DNA of 64,000 nucleotides from Oligoflexia bacterium (GCA_023701205.1 JAMPXJ010000012.1:8797-72796); one strand, 5' to 3'. Positions 46,796 through 57,347 are shown, counted from the first letter of the stretch. Made by a program: numbers and translations. Notes: generated by a model from the sequence alone, not told the origin.

Positions 46796-48499
46796 ATGAT
46801 GAAGGAATTTTTCCAAGTCGGGCCAGTCCTGGGGAATACCTATGTCTACGATCGCGCGCTTCGAGGGTGCCTAGGGCGTCTCCTGCCGCCCGATGTGTTC
46901 AGTGGAATCGAGCCGGAGTTGAAGCGGCTGGGCGCGCGCGCGACGGGCGATCTGCGGGAGCTCATGCAGGAAGCCGAAGCGAACCCGCCGAGGCACCTGC
47001 CTTATGATCCTTGGGGACGCCGGATCGACGAGATCCAGGTCGCCCCCGCCTGGAAAGCCCTGGATCGCGTAGCGGCCGAGGAGGGGCTCGTGGCCACGGG
47101 ATATGCCCGCCAGCATGGGGCTCTCTCTCGTATCCATCAGTTCGCCAAGCTGTATCTCTACGCCCCGAGCTCCGCGTATTATGCCTGCCCGTTGGCGATG
47201 ACCGATGGTGCTGCGCGCGCGCTCGAGCTTTACGCCGATCCGGAGCTCAAGGAGCGCGCGTTTCCGCATCTGACAGCGACGGATCCCGCGCGGTTCTGGA
47301 CCTCGGGCCAATGGATGACCGAACGCACGGGTGGATCGGACGTGAGCGGGACCTCGACCGTGGCGAAGCGGGATCTGGCCACCGGGCACTTCCGGCTCTT
47401 CGGAACGAAGTTCTTCACATCCGCTGTGACTTCACAGATGGCGATGACCCTGGCTCGGATCGAGGGCGCGCCGGAGGCGAACCGCGGGCTGAGCCTTTTT
47501 TATCTGGAGCTTCGCGACGCGCACGGTGCCCTCCAGAACATCGAGGTGCTGCGGCTCTAGGATAAGTTAGGAACGCGCGCCCTGCCTACGGCGGAGCTGC
47601 GCCTGAATGGCACGCCGGCGCGCCTGGTAGGGGATGAGGGTAACGGGGTCAAGAAGATCTCCTCGCTGTTCAATATCACCCGGATGCACAACGCCTGCGT
47701 CGCGGTCGCCAGCATGAGCCGGGCATTACAGCTCGCGCGGGATTACGCGACCAAACGGGTGGCTTTCGGGAAACCTATTTCGGAACAGCCGCTCCATGTC
47801 GAGACGCTGGCTTCGATGGAGGTCGAACTCGCGGCGGGGGTGCAGCTCATCTTCCGCGTGGCCGAGCTTCTGGGAAAAGAGGAGACGGGTCAGGCTTCGG
47901 AGGCGGAGTCCACGATCCTGAGGCTGCTGACTCCCTTGGCCAAGCTCTATACCGGGAAGCAGGTCGTGGCGGTTACCAGCGAGGCGTTGGAATGCTTCGG
48001 CGGCGCGGGCTACATGGAGGATACAGGTATCCCGCGATTGCTTCGCGACGCGCAGACACTCGCGATCTGGGAAGGAACGACGAACGTCTTGTCGCTCGAT
48101 GCCCTGCGGGCGATCGAGAAGGAAGGCGCGTTCGCGCCTTTCATGGCGGACGCGCGCGACCGTCTGGATCGTTGCCGCCTTCCCGAGCTGGCGGAGGGAG
48201 TCCGGAGGGCTCAGGACGCGTTGGGCAAGGTCGAGGCCTATCTCTCCATGGCATCGAGAGAAGGGCTCGATTTCGCCCAGGCCGGCGGCCGGCAGTTCGC
48301 CTACTCATTGACGAGGACCTATGTGTCGGCCCTGCTCGCCGAGCAGGCCGTGTGGAGTGTCCGCGAGGGCGGGGATTCCGAGCGCCGATATGCGTTGGAA
48401 ACCGCGCGACGATGGTTCGCACAGGAGTTGGCGCCGCTGGCGTATCCCCATGCGGCGCATCAGAAGGCGTCGAGCTTCTTGGGATCCGGAGAAGCCTGA
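46796..48499 (+). pseudogene. AidB-like acyl-CoA dehydrogenase interrupted by a single in-frame TAG at 47558-47560
   Basis: ORFs 46670..47560 and 47684..48499 are in the same frame. Protein similarity continues straight through the stop: ...NIEVLRL*DKLGTRALPTAELRLNG... Confidence 0.6.
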
Positions 48500-48502
48500 T
48501 CC

Positions 48503-49435
48503 TCAGGATTCGTGTGCGATGCCATAAGTCGCATCGAGCGCTGAGCAAAGCTCGTTCAGGTCCCGATCGAGGATAAACCATCTGCCGACTGCCTGGCCGC
48601 GAAGCCAGGTCCGCTGGCGTTTGACGAGCTGTCGCGTGGCGAGCGCGATCTCATCGGAGAGACCTTCGAGTCCGGGCCGGATCTTGCGGCCGCGTGGAGG
48701 AAGCTGGTCGAGGTGGGCCCTTACCTGCGCATATCCTACAGCACCGAGTGCTCGGGCGGAAGGAAACTTCGCCAGCAGGGCGCGGGTCTCCCCGACCAAC
48801 CCTTGCTCGAGCATCGCGGCTGTCCGGGCCCCGATTCGCGTCTCCAGCTCCGGATTGGGACGATCGATGATGTAGAGCTCGAAGCGGGGATCGGGGACGG
48901 GCGCCACTTGCGCTTCGAGCTCCGTAGGGGATTTACCAGTGAGCCGGAGAAGCTCCAGGGCGCGAATCAGCCGGTAACGGTCGTTCCCGCCGATCCGGGT
49001 AGCGGCTTCCGGGTCCCTCGCCGCGAGCTCGGCATGCAGCGCGGGATTGGCGAGCCGTTCAAGCTCTCTCCGGAGCGCCGGGTCCGCTTTCGGCGCCTGC
49101 CACAGCCCGTACAAAAGCGCCTTCAGGTAGAAGCCCGTTCCCCCGACCACGAGCGCGCGCTTTCCCCGGGCATGGATTTCATCGATCGCCTGGCGCGCGA
49201 GCGCATGGAAGTCGCCCGCGGTGAAGGGCTCCTCCGGGTCGCGGATATCCACGAGGTGGTGGGGAACCTGTCTGAGCTCCTCCCGCGAAGGCTTGGCCGT
49301 TCCGATATCCATCCCGCGATAGACCAGCATGCTGTCGGCGTTGACGATCTCGATCTGCGGGTGGCGGGCGACGAGCTCGAGGGCGATCGCGGTTTTCCCG
49401 GCAGCGGTGGTGCCGGTGAGAATCCCGATTTTCAT
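48503..49435 (-). CDS. miaA: tRNA dimethylallyltransferase
   Basis: MKIGILTGTTAAGKTAIALEL P-loop; ATGA overlap with mutL stop. Confidence 0.9.
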   Translation of the reverse strand: MKIGILTGTTAAGKTAIALELVARHPQIEIVNADSMLVYRGMDIGTAKPSREELRQVPHHLVDIRDPEEPFTAGDFHALARQAIDEIHARGKRALVVGGTGFYLKALLYGLWQAPKADPALRRELERLANPALHAELAARDPEAATRIGGNDRYRLIRALELLRLTGKSPTELEAQVAPVPDPRFELYIIDRPNPELETRIGARTAAMLEQGLVGETRALLAKFPSARALGAVGYAQVRAHLDQLPPRGRKIRPGLEGLSDEIALATRQLVKRQRTWLRGQAVGRWFILDRDLNELCSALDATYGIAHES

Positions 49436-51279
49436 ACGCGCCGCCGAAACCACTCCTCGAAGCGCGCGCGGGGAATCCGCGTCGCCGTCGGGCGTCCGTG
49501 CGGGCAGTTCCAGGGGTGCGCCGTCCGGAAGAGCTGCTCCACGATCGAGCTGGCCTCGTCGCGGCCCAGGCGATCCCCGGCGCGAACGGAGGAGTGGCAG
49601 GCCTCGCTGGCGAGCTTCTCGAAAAGGGTCTCATCGAGGAGGATCCGGGTGGCGTCGGCTTCCAGGGATAGGAGGCGTTCCATGAGGTTCTTCAGGCGAA
49701 CGCGGAGCTCTTCCGTCCCCCAGGCCGCCGGCACGGCCCGGAAAAGAAGCGTATCCGCGCCGAAAACCTCGGCCTCGAAACCCAGGCCGATCAGCCAGCC
49801 CAGGCGCGCCTCGAGAGTCGTACGGGACTCCGGGTCGAAGCGAACCGCTTCGGGGATCAGGAGAGCCTGGCTGGACGGCGTTTTCGCGCCGAAGACGGAG
49901 TCGCGGAGCCTTTCGTAGCGGATGCGCTCGTGCGCGGCGTGCTGGTCGATCAGCACCAGCTCCTCGCCTTGATCGTAGAGCAGGTACGTGTTGAAGATCG
50001 CGCCCACGAATTGAGACGGTTCCACGTACGAAAGCGCGGCGTGGGAGGACGCGGCCGGGGTACCGGGCTCGATCGCGCTCTCGGAAGTCGTGAGCGGGAG
50101 CTGGTAGCTCGGGGCCCCGTTCCAGGCCACGGGCATGTCCGGCGCCGTCGCCGAGGATGAAAGAGAAAAGGGCTGCGCGGCCGACCAGCTCGAGTCTCCT
50201 GCGAGTTCCTTCGCGAAGTCGGGAGCCGCGGCAAAAGAGGGCGCCGACGCGTATGCGGGCGCTCCGTTCCGCGCGATCATGGATTCCACCAGCGACTGCA
50301 CCTCGCGGAAGATCCTCCTGCTGTCGAGGAATCGGACCTCGGTCTTGGTCGGGTGGACGTTCACGTCGATCTCGGAGGGCTCGATGTCGATATAAAGCGC
50401 GATCGAGGGAAACTGCCCGGGCAGGAGCGCCTGGCGGAAGGGGCTGAGCAGCGCCTGCTGCAGGAGGCGATCCTTGAGCGCGCGGCCATTCACCATCTGC
50501 AGGACCCGCCGTGACTGTGGAGAGCTCATTCCCTGGAGCCAGTGCACGTGGATGCGGGGGCCTCCGTGACGCGGGTCATTGCTCTGCGTGATCGCGGGGT
50601 AATCCTCGCCATCGGAGAGGATCGCTCGCACGCGTTCGATCTCCGTCTGCGGCCGCAACGCCAGGATGTTCCGGCCGTCGCTTGAAAGCCGGAAGCCCAC
50701 ATTCGGATGGGCGAGCGCCAGCCGCTCGATCCATTCGCGGGTTTGCGCGACCTCGGCGCCCTGGCTTTTGAGGAATTTCAGCCGCGCGGGAACCTGCGAG
50801 AACAGGCCGCGCGCCTGGACGCGCGTCCCTTGCGGCGAACCCAGGAAATGCCCGAAGGTCGCGGTCTCCGGTCGAGGGCGCTGACCGAAGGCGGTCACGC
50901 GGACTTCGTAGGCGGTGTCTTCACCCGATTTCCGGGAAACCAGGCTCAGCTCGGTCACGGCCGCGATGCTCGGAAGAGCCTCGCCGCGGAAGCCCAGGGT
51001 CTCGATCTTCTCGAGATCCTCAAGGGTTCCGAGCTTGCTCGTCGCGTGCCGCTCAAGGCAGAGCTCCAGATCGCGCGGTGACATCCCATGTCCGTTGTCG
51101 AGGACTTCGATCAGCCCCTTTCCCCCATCCTCGAGGAAAACCGCGATTTCGGTCGCTCCGGCATCGATCGAGTTTTCGACGAGCTCTTTCACGACGCTGG
51201 AAGGTCGTTCGATGACTTCGCCCGCGGCGATTCGTTCGGCGACTGCCGGAGGCAGGACGTGTATGGCGTGAGGGATCAT
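49432..51279 (-). CDS. mutL: DNA mismatch repair protein MutL
   Basis: IHVLPPAVAERIAAGEVIERPSSVVKELVENSIDAGAT GHKL ATPase N-terminus; C-terminal dimerisation domain. Confidence 0.9.
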   Translation of the reverse strand: MIPHAIHVLPPAVAERIAAGEVIERPSSVVKELVENSIDAGATEIAVFLEDGGKGLIEVLDNGHGMSPRDLELCLERHATSKLGTLEDLEKIETLGFRGEALPSIAAVTELSLVSRKSGEDTAYEVRVTAFGQRPRPETATFGHFLGSPQGTRVQARGLFSQVPARLKFLKSQGAEVAQTREWIERLALAHPNVGFRLSSDGRNILALRPQTEIERVRAILSDGEDYPAITQSNDPRHGGPRIHVHWLQGMSSPQSRRVLQMVNGRALKDRLLQQALLSPFRQALLPGQFPSIALYIDIEPSEIDVNVHPTKTEVRFLDSRRIFREVQSLVESMIARNGAPAYASAPSFAAAPDFAKELAGDSSWSAAQPFSLSSSATAPDMPVAWNGAPSYQLPLTTSESAIEPGTPAASSHAALSYVEPSQFVGAIFNTYLLYDQGEELVLIDQHAAHERIRYERLRDSVFGAKTPSSQALLIPEAVRFDPESRTTLEARLGWLIGLGFEAEVFGADTLLFRAVPAAWGTEELRVRLKNLMERLLSLEADATRILLDETLFEKLASEACHSSVRAGDRLGRDEASSIVEQLFRTAHPWNCPHGRPTATRIPRARFEEWFRRRV

Positions 51280-51336
51280 GAGGCGGGAGTCCACCACGAC
51301 CTCTCAAGGATGGCAAGTGAATGGCGCCGGAGGTTA

Positions 51337-52296
51337 TTAAGCCACCACGACCCGGTTTCGGCCGCTCTGCTTCGCCGCATAGAGCGCCTTGTCTGCGGCT
51401 TTCAACAGGCTTTGGGCCGACTCGATGCTGGTGGTCAGCTCGGCGACGCCCATGCTGGTGGTGACGGGGAGCCGCTTTCCTTCGTAAATGAACGCGTGGG
51501 TCTCGACGGCGGCCCGGACGCGCTCAGCGAGCTCCTGGGCCGCTTTGGAATTCATGTTGCTCAAGAGCACGACGAACTCCTCGCCCCCATACCGGGCGAA
51601 CACGTCCTTCGGCCGCAGATAGCCGCCTCGGATGAGGGAGGTGATCTCCTTGAGGACGAAATCACCGGCGTCATGGCCGTAGTTGTCGTTGATCTTCTTG
51701 AAATGATCGAGATCGAAGAAGAGGACGGAAAAGTCCGTGTGAAGCGCCTTGGCACGCTTGAACTCGGCTTCCAGCGCCTCCAGCAGGTAGCCTTTGTTGT
51801 AGATCCGGGTCATCGGGTCCGTATGCGCGGCGGAACCCAGGTTTCCGTAAAAGAGGATCTCGAGCTCGCCGGCCGGGAGGAACTTCAGGATGGAGTTGCC
51901 CATCTTGAGCATGTCTTCTTTGGCGAGCTTGATCGGCTCGTTGGGCTTGAGCTTCTTGTCGTTGACGTAGGTTCCGTTCTGGGATCCGATGTCGGTGAGA
52001 AGGACCTCATCCCCGCGATTGGTGATCTTGGCGTGGTTTCGCGAGACCGCCTGGTCCGGCACGGTGATATCCGCCGAAGGGTCACGGCCGATGACCATCT
52101 GGGGTTGGGTCAGGAAATAGCGATGACCTTGAGGCTTGCCCCGGATCACGATGAGGCAAGCTTCCTGTTCTTTGGCCTTCTGAAGCTCTTTGCGAAGTGT
52201 TTCAGGATCACCCTGAATCACCGCTGTTTTGTCGCCGCTGTCGTCGGAACTGTTGTCGTTGGCATTGCTGCAGGCGTCACATGGGGGTGGAACCAT
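51337..52296 (-). CDS. FHA domain-GGDEF domain diguanylate cyclase
   Basis: FHA: GRDPSADITVPDQAVSRNHAKI...GSQNGTYVN. GGDEF: DLDHFKKINDNYGHDAGD...RYGGEEF. Confidence 0.85.
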   Translation of the reverse strand: MVPPPCDACSNANDNSSDDSGDKTAVIQGDPETLRKELQKAKEQEACLIVIRGKPQGHRYFLTQPQMVIGRDPSADITVPDQAVSRNHAKITNRGDEVLLTDIGSQNGTYVNDKKLKPNEPIKLAKEDMLKMGNSILKFLPAGELEILFYGNLGSAAHTDPMTRIYNKGYLLEALEAEFKRAKALHTDFSVLFFDLDHFKKINDNYGHDAGDFVLKEITSLIRGGYLRPKDVFARYGGEEFVVLLSNMNSKAAQELAERVRAAVETHAFIYEGKRLPVTTSMGVAELTTSIESAQSLLKAADKALYAAKQSGRNRVVVA

Positions 52297-52419
52297 AAGG
52301 TTTCTAAAGCGTAAGGTAATCGAACTCTTACGTCAATGGCGCAGGCGGAATCCCTCAGGAAAGGCGCTACCGCCGCAAAAATTCCGGACTGTTTTGTTTT
52401 AGGTTTACCTGTGAAAGTC

Positions 52420-53829
52420 TCATTCTTTGGATTGCAGCCTTCTCAGCCGATCTACCGGGGAATTGCCATCATTTTCGGGCGGGCGCCTTCCGTCACTGGA
52501 GAGCGCCTCCCGGATATAGACCTTGCCTTCTTCCACGCCGGGCTGATCGAAAGGATTGATTCCCCAGAGCGTCCCCGTAATGGCCGTAAGGACTGAAAAC
52601 GCGAAATAAAGCGCTCCGAGCGTGCGCTCGTCCAGCCGGTCGAGCTGGATGGTGGTATTAGGGCGGCCTTGACGGGTCAGGACCAGGGAGGTCGCTCGGT
52701 TTTCCACTCGGAGCAGCTCCTGGAGGGAATGGCCTTCGAGCAGACGGAATGCCGGGAACTCCTGCAGACCGCTCTTCGCGGACGTGGTGAGCTTCGGGAT
52801 CCGGACCTCGTCCTCGACCTGGTCGACGGAAAGGAAAAGCACGACCTTGTCGTTCGGACCGTCGCGCAGAAGCTGCAGAATGCTGTGCTGATCAGTCGCC
52901 CCAACCGCCGCGAGAGGCGTAAAGCCTTTGCCGTCCTTGCCGAGACTCTCTCCCCAGAGCTGGACGAACCAGGTCCCGAGCAGACGCAGGCGAGACGAAT
53001 AGGGCATGCACACATGAATCGCGCGCTGAGGGGAATGGCGCAGGAACTCGTGCGCGAGCACGAAAATCGGGTTCTTTTCCAAAGGCTGCCTTTCGCAGTA
53101 ATCCCGCACCTGCTTCGCTCCGAGCAGGAAATCCGAAATCGAAAGTCCGGCCAGCGCCGCCGCGAAGAGTCCGACCGGGGAAAAGATGCTAAAGCGGCCG
53201 CCGATCGACGGAGCGATCGTCAACGTCGGAATCTTTTCCTGGTTCGCATAGGCCCGCAGGTCCCCTTTTTCGGGATCCGTAATGGCGACGCAGTTCGAGC
53301 TGATTCGCGATGGACCGAGCCACTCCAGGGCGAGCAGGAGCTGCGCAAGGGTCTCGAAGGTCGTGCCGGATTTCGCCACCACGCACACGAGCGTTGAATC
53401 CGGCTTGAGGCCGCCGAGAGTGGCCTTCCATGCCACCGGATCGGGATTCTCCATGAAATGGAAGCGGATCCCCGTACGGCAGCGCTCCTGGAGCGCGTCG
53501 AGAAGACTGATCGGTCCGAGCGCGCTGCCTCCGATTCCAAGAAAGAGGCAGTCCGTGAACCGTTTGCGGGCGAGAATGGCTTCAGCTAGCGCCTGGGATT
53601 CCTTCGCCTGCGAGAGTTCCTCCCGAATCGGGGCGTCGTAAAATCCCACCTCGCCGGAGAGAAAGCGCGCCCGGAGCTTTTCCCAGGCTTCCGCGAGCGC
53701 CTGGGCGTCTACCCCGCGCGTGGCGCCGGTTGGGCTTGTCTTCGCACCACCCGCGGCGGGCATCGAGATCAGATTCGACCAGTCCAACGTGACGGGGGCG
53801 CTGCCAAGGCGCGAGGCGGTGACACTCAT
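52420..53829 (-). CDS. pgi: glucose-6-phosphate isomerase (short bacterial/archaeal-type PGI, SIS domains)
   Basis: LFLGIGGSALGP, VVAKSGTTFETL, 469 aa. Confidence 0.75.
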   Translation of the reverse strand: MSVTASRLGSAPVTLDWSNLISMPAAGGAKTSPTGATRGVDAQALAEAWEKLRARFLSGEVGFYDAPIREELSQAKESQALAEAILARKRFTDCLFLGIGGSALGPISLLDALQERCRTGIRFHFMENPDPVAWKATLGGLKPDSTLVCVVAKSGTTFETLAQLLLALEWLGPSRISSNCVAITDPEKGDLRAYANQEKIPTLTIAPSIGGRFSIFSPVGLFAAALAGLSISDFLLGAKQVRDYCERQPLEKNPIFVLAHEFLRHSPQRAIHVCMPYSSRLRLLGTWFVQLWGESLGKDGKGFTPLAAVGATDQHSILQLLRDGPNDKVVLFLSVDQVEDEVRIPKLTTSAKSGLQEFPAFRLLEGHSLQELLRVENRATSLVLTRQGRPNTTIQLDRLDERTLGALYFAFSVLTAITGTLWGINPFDQPGVEEGKVYIREALSSDGRRPPENDGNSPVDRLRRLQSKE

Positions 53830-53841
53830 GCGAAAATTTCC

Positions 53842-54978
53842 CTATTTCTGAGTCAGGGCCCGGCCGATCACCAGGCGCTGGATCTGATTGGTTCCTTCCA
53901 CGATCTGCATGACTTTGGCTTCGCGCATGTAGCGCTCCACCGGAAAGTCCTGAGTGTAGCCGGAACCGCCGAGAATTTGAACCGCATCGGTAGTGATTTT
54001 CATCGCCGAATCCGTTGCGAATACCTTCGCCATCGCGGCTTCGGTCGAGAAAGGCAGTTTTTCGTCCTTGAGGGCTGCGGCGCGCTGCACCATCAGGCGT
54101 GCGGCGTCGAGCTGCGTCGCCATGTCGGCCAGCATGAACGAAACCCCCTGGAACTCCGAGATCGGCTTGCCGAACTGCTCCCTTTCCTTGGCGTGATTCA
54201 CCGCGACTTCGAGAGCCGCGCGCGAAATCCCGAGAGCCGCCGCGCCGATCGTGATCCGGCCGTTATCCAGCGCCCTCAAGGCGACTTTGAAACCGTCGCC
54301 TTCCTTGCCGATGAGATTCGCCGCGGGGATCCGGGCGTTCTCGAAGACCAGCTCATAGGTATGCGAAGTGTTCCAGCCCATCTTCTTCTCGCGTTTGCCG
54401 GTGCGGAATCCCGGGGTTCCCTTTTCCAGGATGAAAGCGGAGACTCCTTTGGGCCCTGGCCCACCGGTGCGTGCCATGAGGATGATCGTTTCGGCGAGGT
54501 CGCCTTGGGTGATCCAAAGCTTTGTACCGTTGACGACATAGTGGTCGCCATCGAGGCGCGCCGTCGTGCGGAGGCTTCCCGCATCCGAGCCGCTCGAAGC
54601 TTCCGAAAGCGCGAACGCGCCGATCCCCTGGCCGGAGGCGAGGCGAGGGATGTATTTGCGCTTCTGTTCTTCGGAGCCAAAGAGCGTGAGACACATCTGG
54701 GCGAGGCCGGTGACCGCCACGCTGATCGCATAGCCGGTGTTCACGGCCGCGAGCTCCTCGATCACCGCGATGTACTCCTGATAACCCATTCCCGCGCCGC
54801 CGTATTCCTCAGGAACGGGAACCCCGGTCAGCCCAAGCTCTCCGAGCCGGCCGATCAGCTCTGGACGAAAGCGCTCATCGCGCTCGTCCTGCTCGACAAA
54901 GGGGAGAAGCTCCTTTTGCGCGAAGCGGCGCGCGAGCTCGCGGACTTCCTGCTGCATGGGGGTATTTTGAAAGGACAT
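53842..54978 (-). CDS. acyl-CoA dehydrogenase (short/medium-chain type)
   Basis: Full-length ACAD N/M/C domain pattern, catalytic Glu region YEGTNQIQRLVIGRAL. Confidence 0.9.
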   Translation of the reverse strand: MSFQNTPMQQEVRELARRFAQKELLPFVEQDERDERFRPELIGRLGELGLTGVPVPEEYGGAGMGYQEYIAVIEELAAVNTGYAISVAVTGLAQMCLTLFGSEEQKRKYIPRLASGQGIGAFALSEASSGSDAGSLRTTARLDGDHYVVNGTKLWITQGDLAETIILMARTGGPGPKGVSAFILEKGTPGFRTGKREKKMGWNTSHTYELVFENARIPAANLIGKEGDGFKVALRALDNGRITIGAAALGISRAALEVAVNHAKEREQFGKPISEFQGVSFMLADMATQLDAARLMVQRAAALKDEKLPFSTEAAMAKVFATDSAMKITTDAVQILGGSGYTQDFPVERYMREAKVMQIVEGTNQIQRLVIGRALTQK

Positions 54979-55025
54979 TCCCCAGTTTTAGCCCGAAAAA
55001 ACGGTCTCGAAAAGAGGGATATGCC

Positions 55026-57347
55026 CTAGAGCGAAAGCCCGCTGACAGGCATCGGGGTCAATGTTCCAGTATAGTCTCCCTTGCCCAGCTGTCCCATCAG
55101 GTTATCGCCCCAGCACATGACCTGGTTGTCCGACAGCGCGCAAGCGTAAGCGGCGCCTGCTCCGAGGCCGAAGATGGAGCCGAGTCCGGTCACGGAAGTA
55201 GGCAGGGATCGATCAGTCGTGGTGCCATCGCCGAGCTGTCCGGCGTTGTTATAGCCCCAGCATTGGACGCCAGAGCCCGTGCTCGCGCAGGTGGAATTCG
55301 CGCCGGTTGAGAGGAATTGGGACGGGGTCGCCGGCGAGACGGCAACCGGGCTCAAGCTCATCGTAGTGGTTCCGTCCCCGAGCTGTCCATACGAGTTGGC
55401 GCCCCAGCACTTCACGCTGCCATCGGTAAGCGTGGCGCAGCTATGCGAGATGCCGGCGGAGATGTCCTTGACCCCGGAACTCAGGCCGCTGACTGGCACG
55501 GGAATTACGGAGGAGGTGAATGTACCCGTTCCAAGCTGTCCCGAGGTGTTCAATCCCCAGCAGTACGCACCGCCGTTCATGACCGCGCAACTATGGTTGC
55601 CGCCGGCTGAGATCGCGGTCACGCCGCTCGTGAGTCCTTGGACCTGAACCGGAACCGAGCTGTCCACGCCGCTGTTATTGCCGAGCCGGCCAGAGCCGCC
55701 CTGTCCCCAGCAATAAGCGCTGCCGTTTTGAATCATGCAGGTGTGGAACTGGCCCGCATCGATTGCCGTGACTCCGTTCCACATGGGGATGATCTCGATG
55801 CCATACGAAGAATTCGTATTGGAGCCGTTGCCGAGCTGTCCGTAAGCGTTTTCGCCCCAGCAATAAACCCCGCCTGCGGCCATCGCGCAGCTGTGGTTCT
55901 GGCCCGCGGTGAGGCCATGGATCTCGGCGGGAATGCCCGACACGAGGCTGGGATAGCTGCTGTTCGCCGCAAAGCCATCACCGAGTTGTCCCTGACTGCC
56001 TGCACCCCAGCAGTGCACGCCCGCGAAGGTCTGCGCGCAGGCATGGTACTGACCTACGGCAAGCAGCGGGACGTATACGGACAAGTAATGCTTTTGATAG
56101 CTGCCCACCGTATCCCAGACTTCGATTTCGACCATGCCCGGGGTCAAGGACGCGGTATAGTTGCCGCTGCCATCGATGCTGCCACCGCCCGAGAAGATGC
56201 TGAAGCTGTAAGGCGGAATGCCGCCTGAAGGCGTGATCTGCGCCGTCCGGTTCACCGCGATTTTGTTAGGTGCGCTCAATGTCATGGGAATGATCACGTG
56301 AAGAACCGTGTCGAAGGTCGCGCCGACGGAGTCGGTCACGCGAACGGTGACGTCGCCCGCGGTCGCCGAGGCGTTGAAATAGACGCTGTAATCAGCGGGA
56401 CTGAGCGTCCCGCTCCCGCTGACGATCGAGTACGTGTACGGGTAGACCCCGTTGTAGACTTGGATGTTAACCCCGCTGGATACCGGAAGCGTATTGTAGT
56501 CCGGGATCATATAGAGTGCCGGGGTATAGGAAGGCGACGGATACGGCGTCGGCGAATACGACGGGTAGGGATAGGGAGAATACGAAGGGTAGGGATAAGG
56601 CGAGTATGACGGATACGGCGTTGGTGAGCTCGACGGGGAGTGCGGCGACTCACACGAGTCGAAAAGCCGCTGCGGATTGGCCGGATCGTATTTCGCGCGC
56701 AGCACGAGCTCCACGTCCTCGAAAAGGTCCGTCGTGGCCTGAGCGATCAGATAAGGATCGCCCAGATCCTGGCCCCCCTCGTCGGGAGTGCTGAAATAAG
56801 TGTCGAGTGAGGGGCAGCCGATCGCATTTTTCAGCGCGAACACGCGTACGACCCGGGCGGGACCCGCCGGGACTTCGATTTCCAGTACGCCGCCGGACAC
56901 CGGAACCAGGCCGCCGAGCTTGGAGATCCCGTCAGCGGAATTCGTGCAGTTGAACCGCGGATCCGCCGGAATGGACGGCCCGCTCACCTCGATTCCATAG
57001 CACGTGAACTCACTCAACGAGGAGGGCGCGGGCGTGGGGGAATAGGTCGGATAGGGATACGGAGAGGAGCTCGCGCTGGGATAAGGGTACGGTGAGTAGC
57101 TCGGGCTGGGGCTGGGAGAGACCACAGCCGCCGGCGAAAGATCGCCCAGGGCTCTAGCGGTTCGATTCGGCTGGGCATCGGGCTGGGCTCCCGGGAAGGT
57201 GATTCGCAGAACGCGTGTTTCCGGGTTCGCGAGAGAACAAGAGGAGAGAGCCTGCATTGCCGCCAGGAGCAATAAGGCCAGGAACTGTGGAATCGACTTA
57301 TGAAAACGACTTACGTACCGCACTTTTCCCAGTCTAACGGGAAGCAC
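55026..57347 (-). CDS. lipoprotein with Tyr/Pro/Ser-rich linkers, Ig-like domains and seven RCC1 (beta-propeller) repeats
   Basis: Lipobox LLLLAAMQALSSC. About seven repeats of HxC..G..YCWG.N.YGQLG.G. Tandem YPYPSYSP tracts. Confidence 0.8.
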   Translation of the reverse strand: MLPVRLGKVRYVSRFHKSIPQFLALLLLAAMQALSSCSLANPETRVLRITFPGAQPDAQPNRTARALGDLSPAAVVSPSPSPSYSPYPYPSASSSPYPYPTYSPTPAPSSLSEFTCYGIEVSGPSIPADPRFNCTNSADGISKLGGLVPVSGGVLEIEVPAGPARVVRVFALKNAIGCPSLDTYFSTPDEGGQDLGDPYLIAQATTDLFEDVELVLRAKYDPANPQRLFDSCESPHSPSSSPTPYPSYSPYPYPSYSPYPYPSYSPTPYPSPSYTPALYMIPDYNTLPVSSGVNIQVYNGVYPYTYSIVSGSGTLSPADYSVYFNASATAGDVTVRVTDSVGATFDTVLHVIIPMTLSAPNKIAVNRTAQITPSGGIPPYSFSIFSGGGSIDGSGNYTASLTPGMVEIEVWDTVGSYQKHYLSVYVPLLAVGQYHACAQTFAGVHCWGAGSQGQLGDGFAANSSYPSLVSGIPAEIHGLTAGQNHSCAMAAGGVYCWGENAYGQLGNGSNTNSSYGIEIIPMWNGVTAIDAGQFHTCMIQNGSAYCWGQGGSGRLGNNSGVDSSVPVQVQGLTSGVTAISAGGNHSCAVMNGGAYCWGLNTSGQLGTGTFTSSVIPVPVSGLSSGVKDISAGISHSCATLTDGSVKCWGANSYGQLGDGTTTMSLSPVAVSPATPSQFLSTGANSTCASTGSGVQCWGYNNAGQLGDGTTTDRSLPTSVTGLGSIFGLGAGAAYACALSDNQVMCWGDNLMGQLGKGDYTGTLTPMPVSGLSL
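56510..56645. repeat. tandem nucleotide repeats encoding (S/T)PYPSYSPYPYP linker inside the RCC1 lipoprotein gene; second tract ~57030-57125
   Basis: Repeating GGGTAGGGATA(A/G)GG(C/A)GA(G/A)TA(T/C)GA units on the + strand. Confidence 0.5.

Noticed and set aside
47558-47560. TAG as pyrrolysine or programmed recoding
   Set aside because: No pyl genes or recoding signals in view. A nonsense mutation or base-call error is far more likely. Kept as a finding to be checked against reads.
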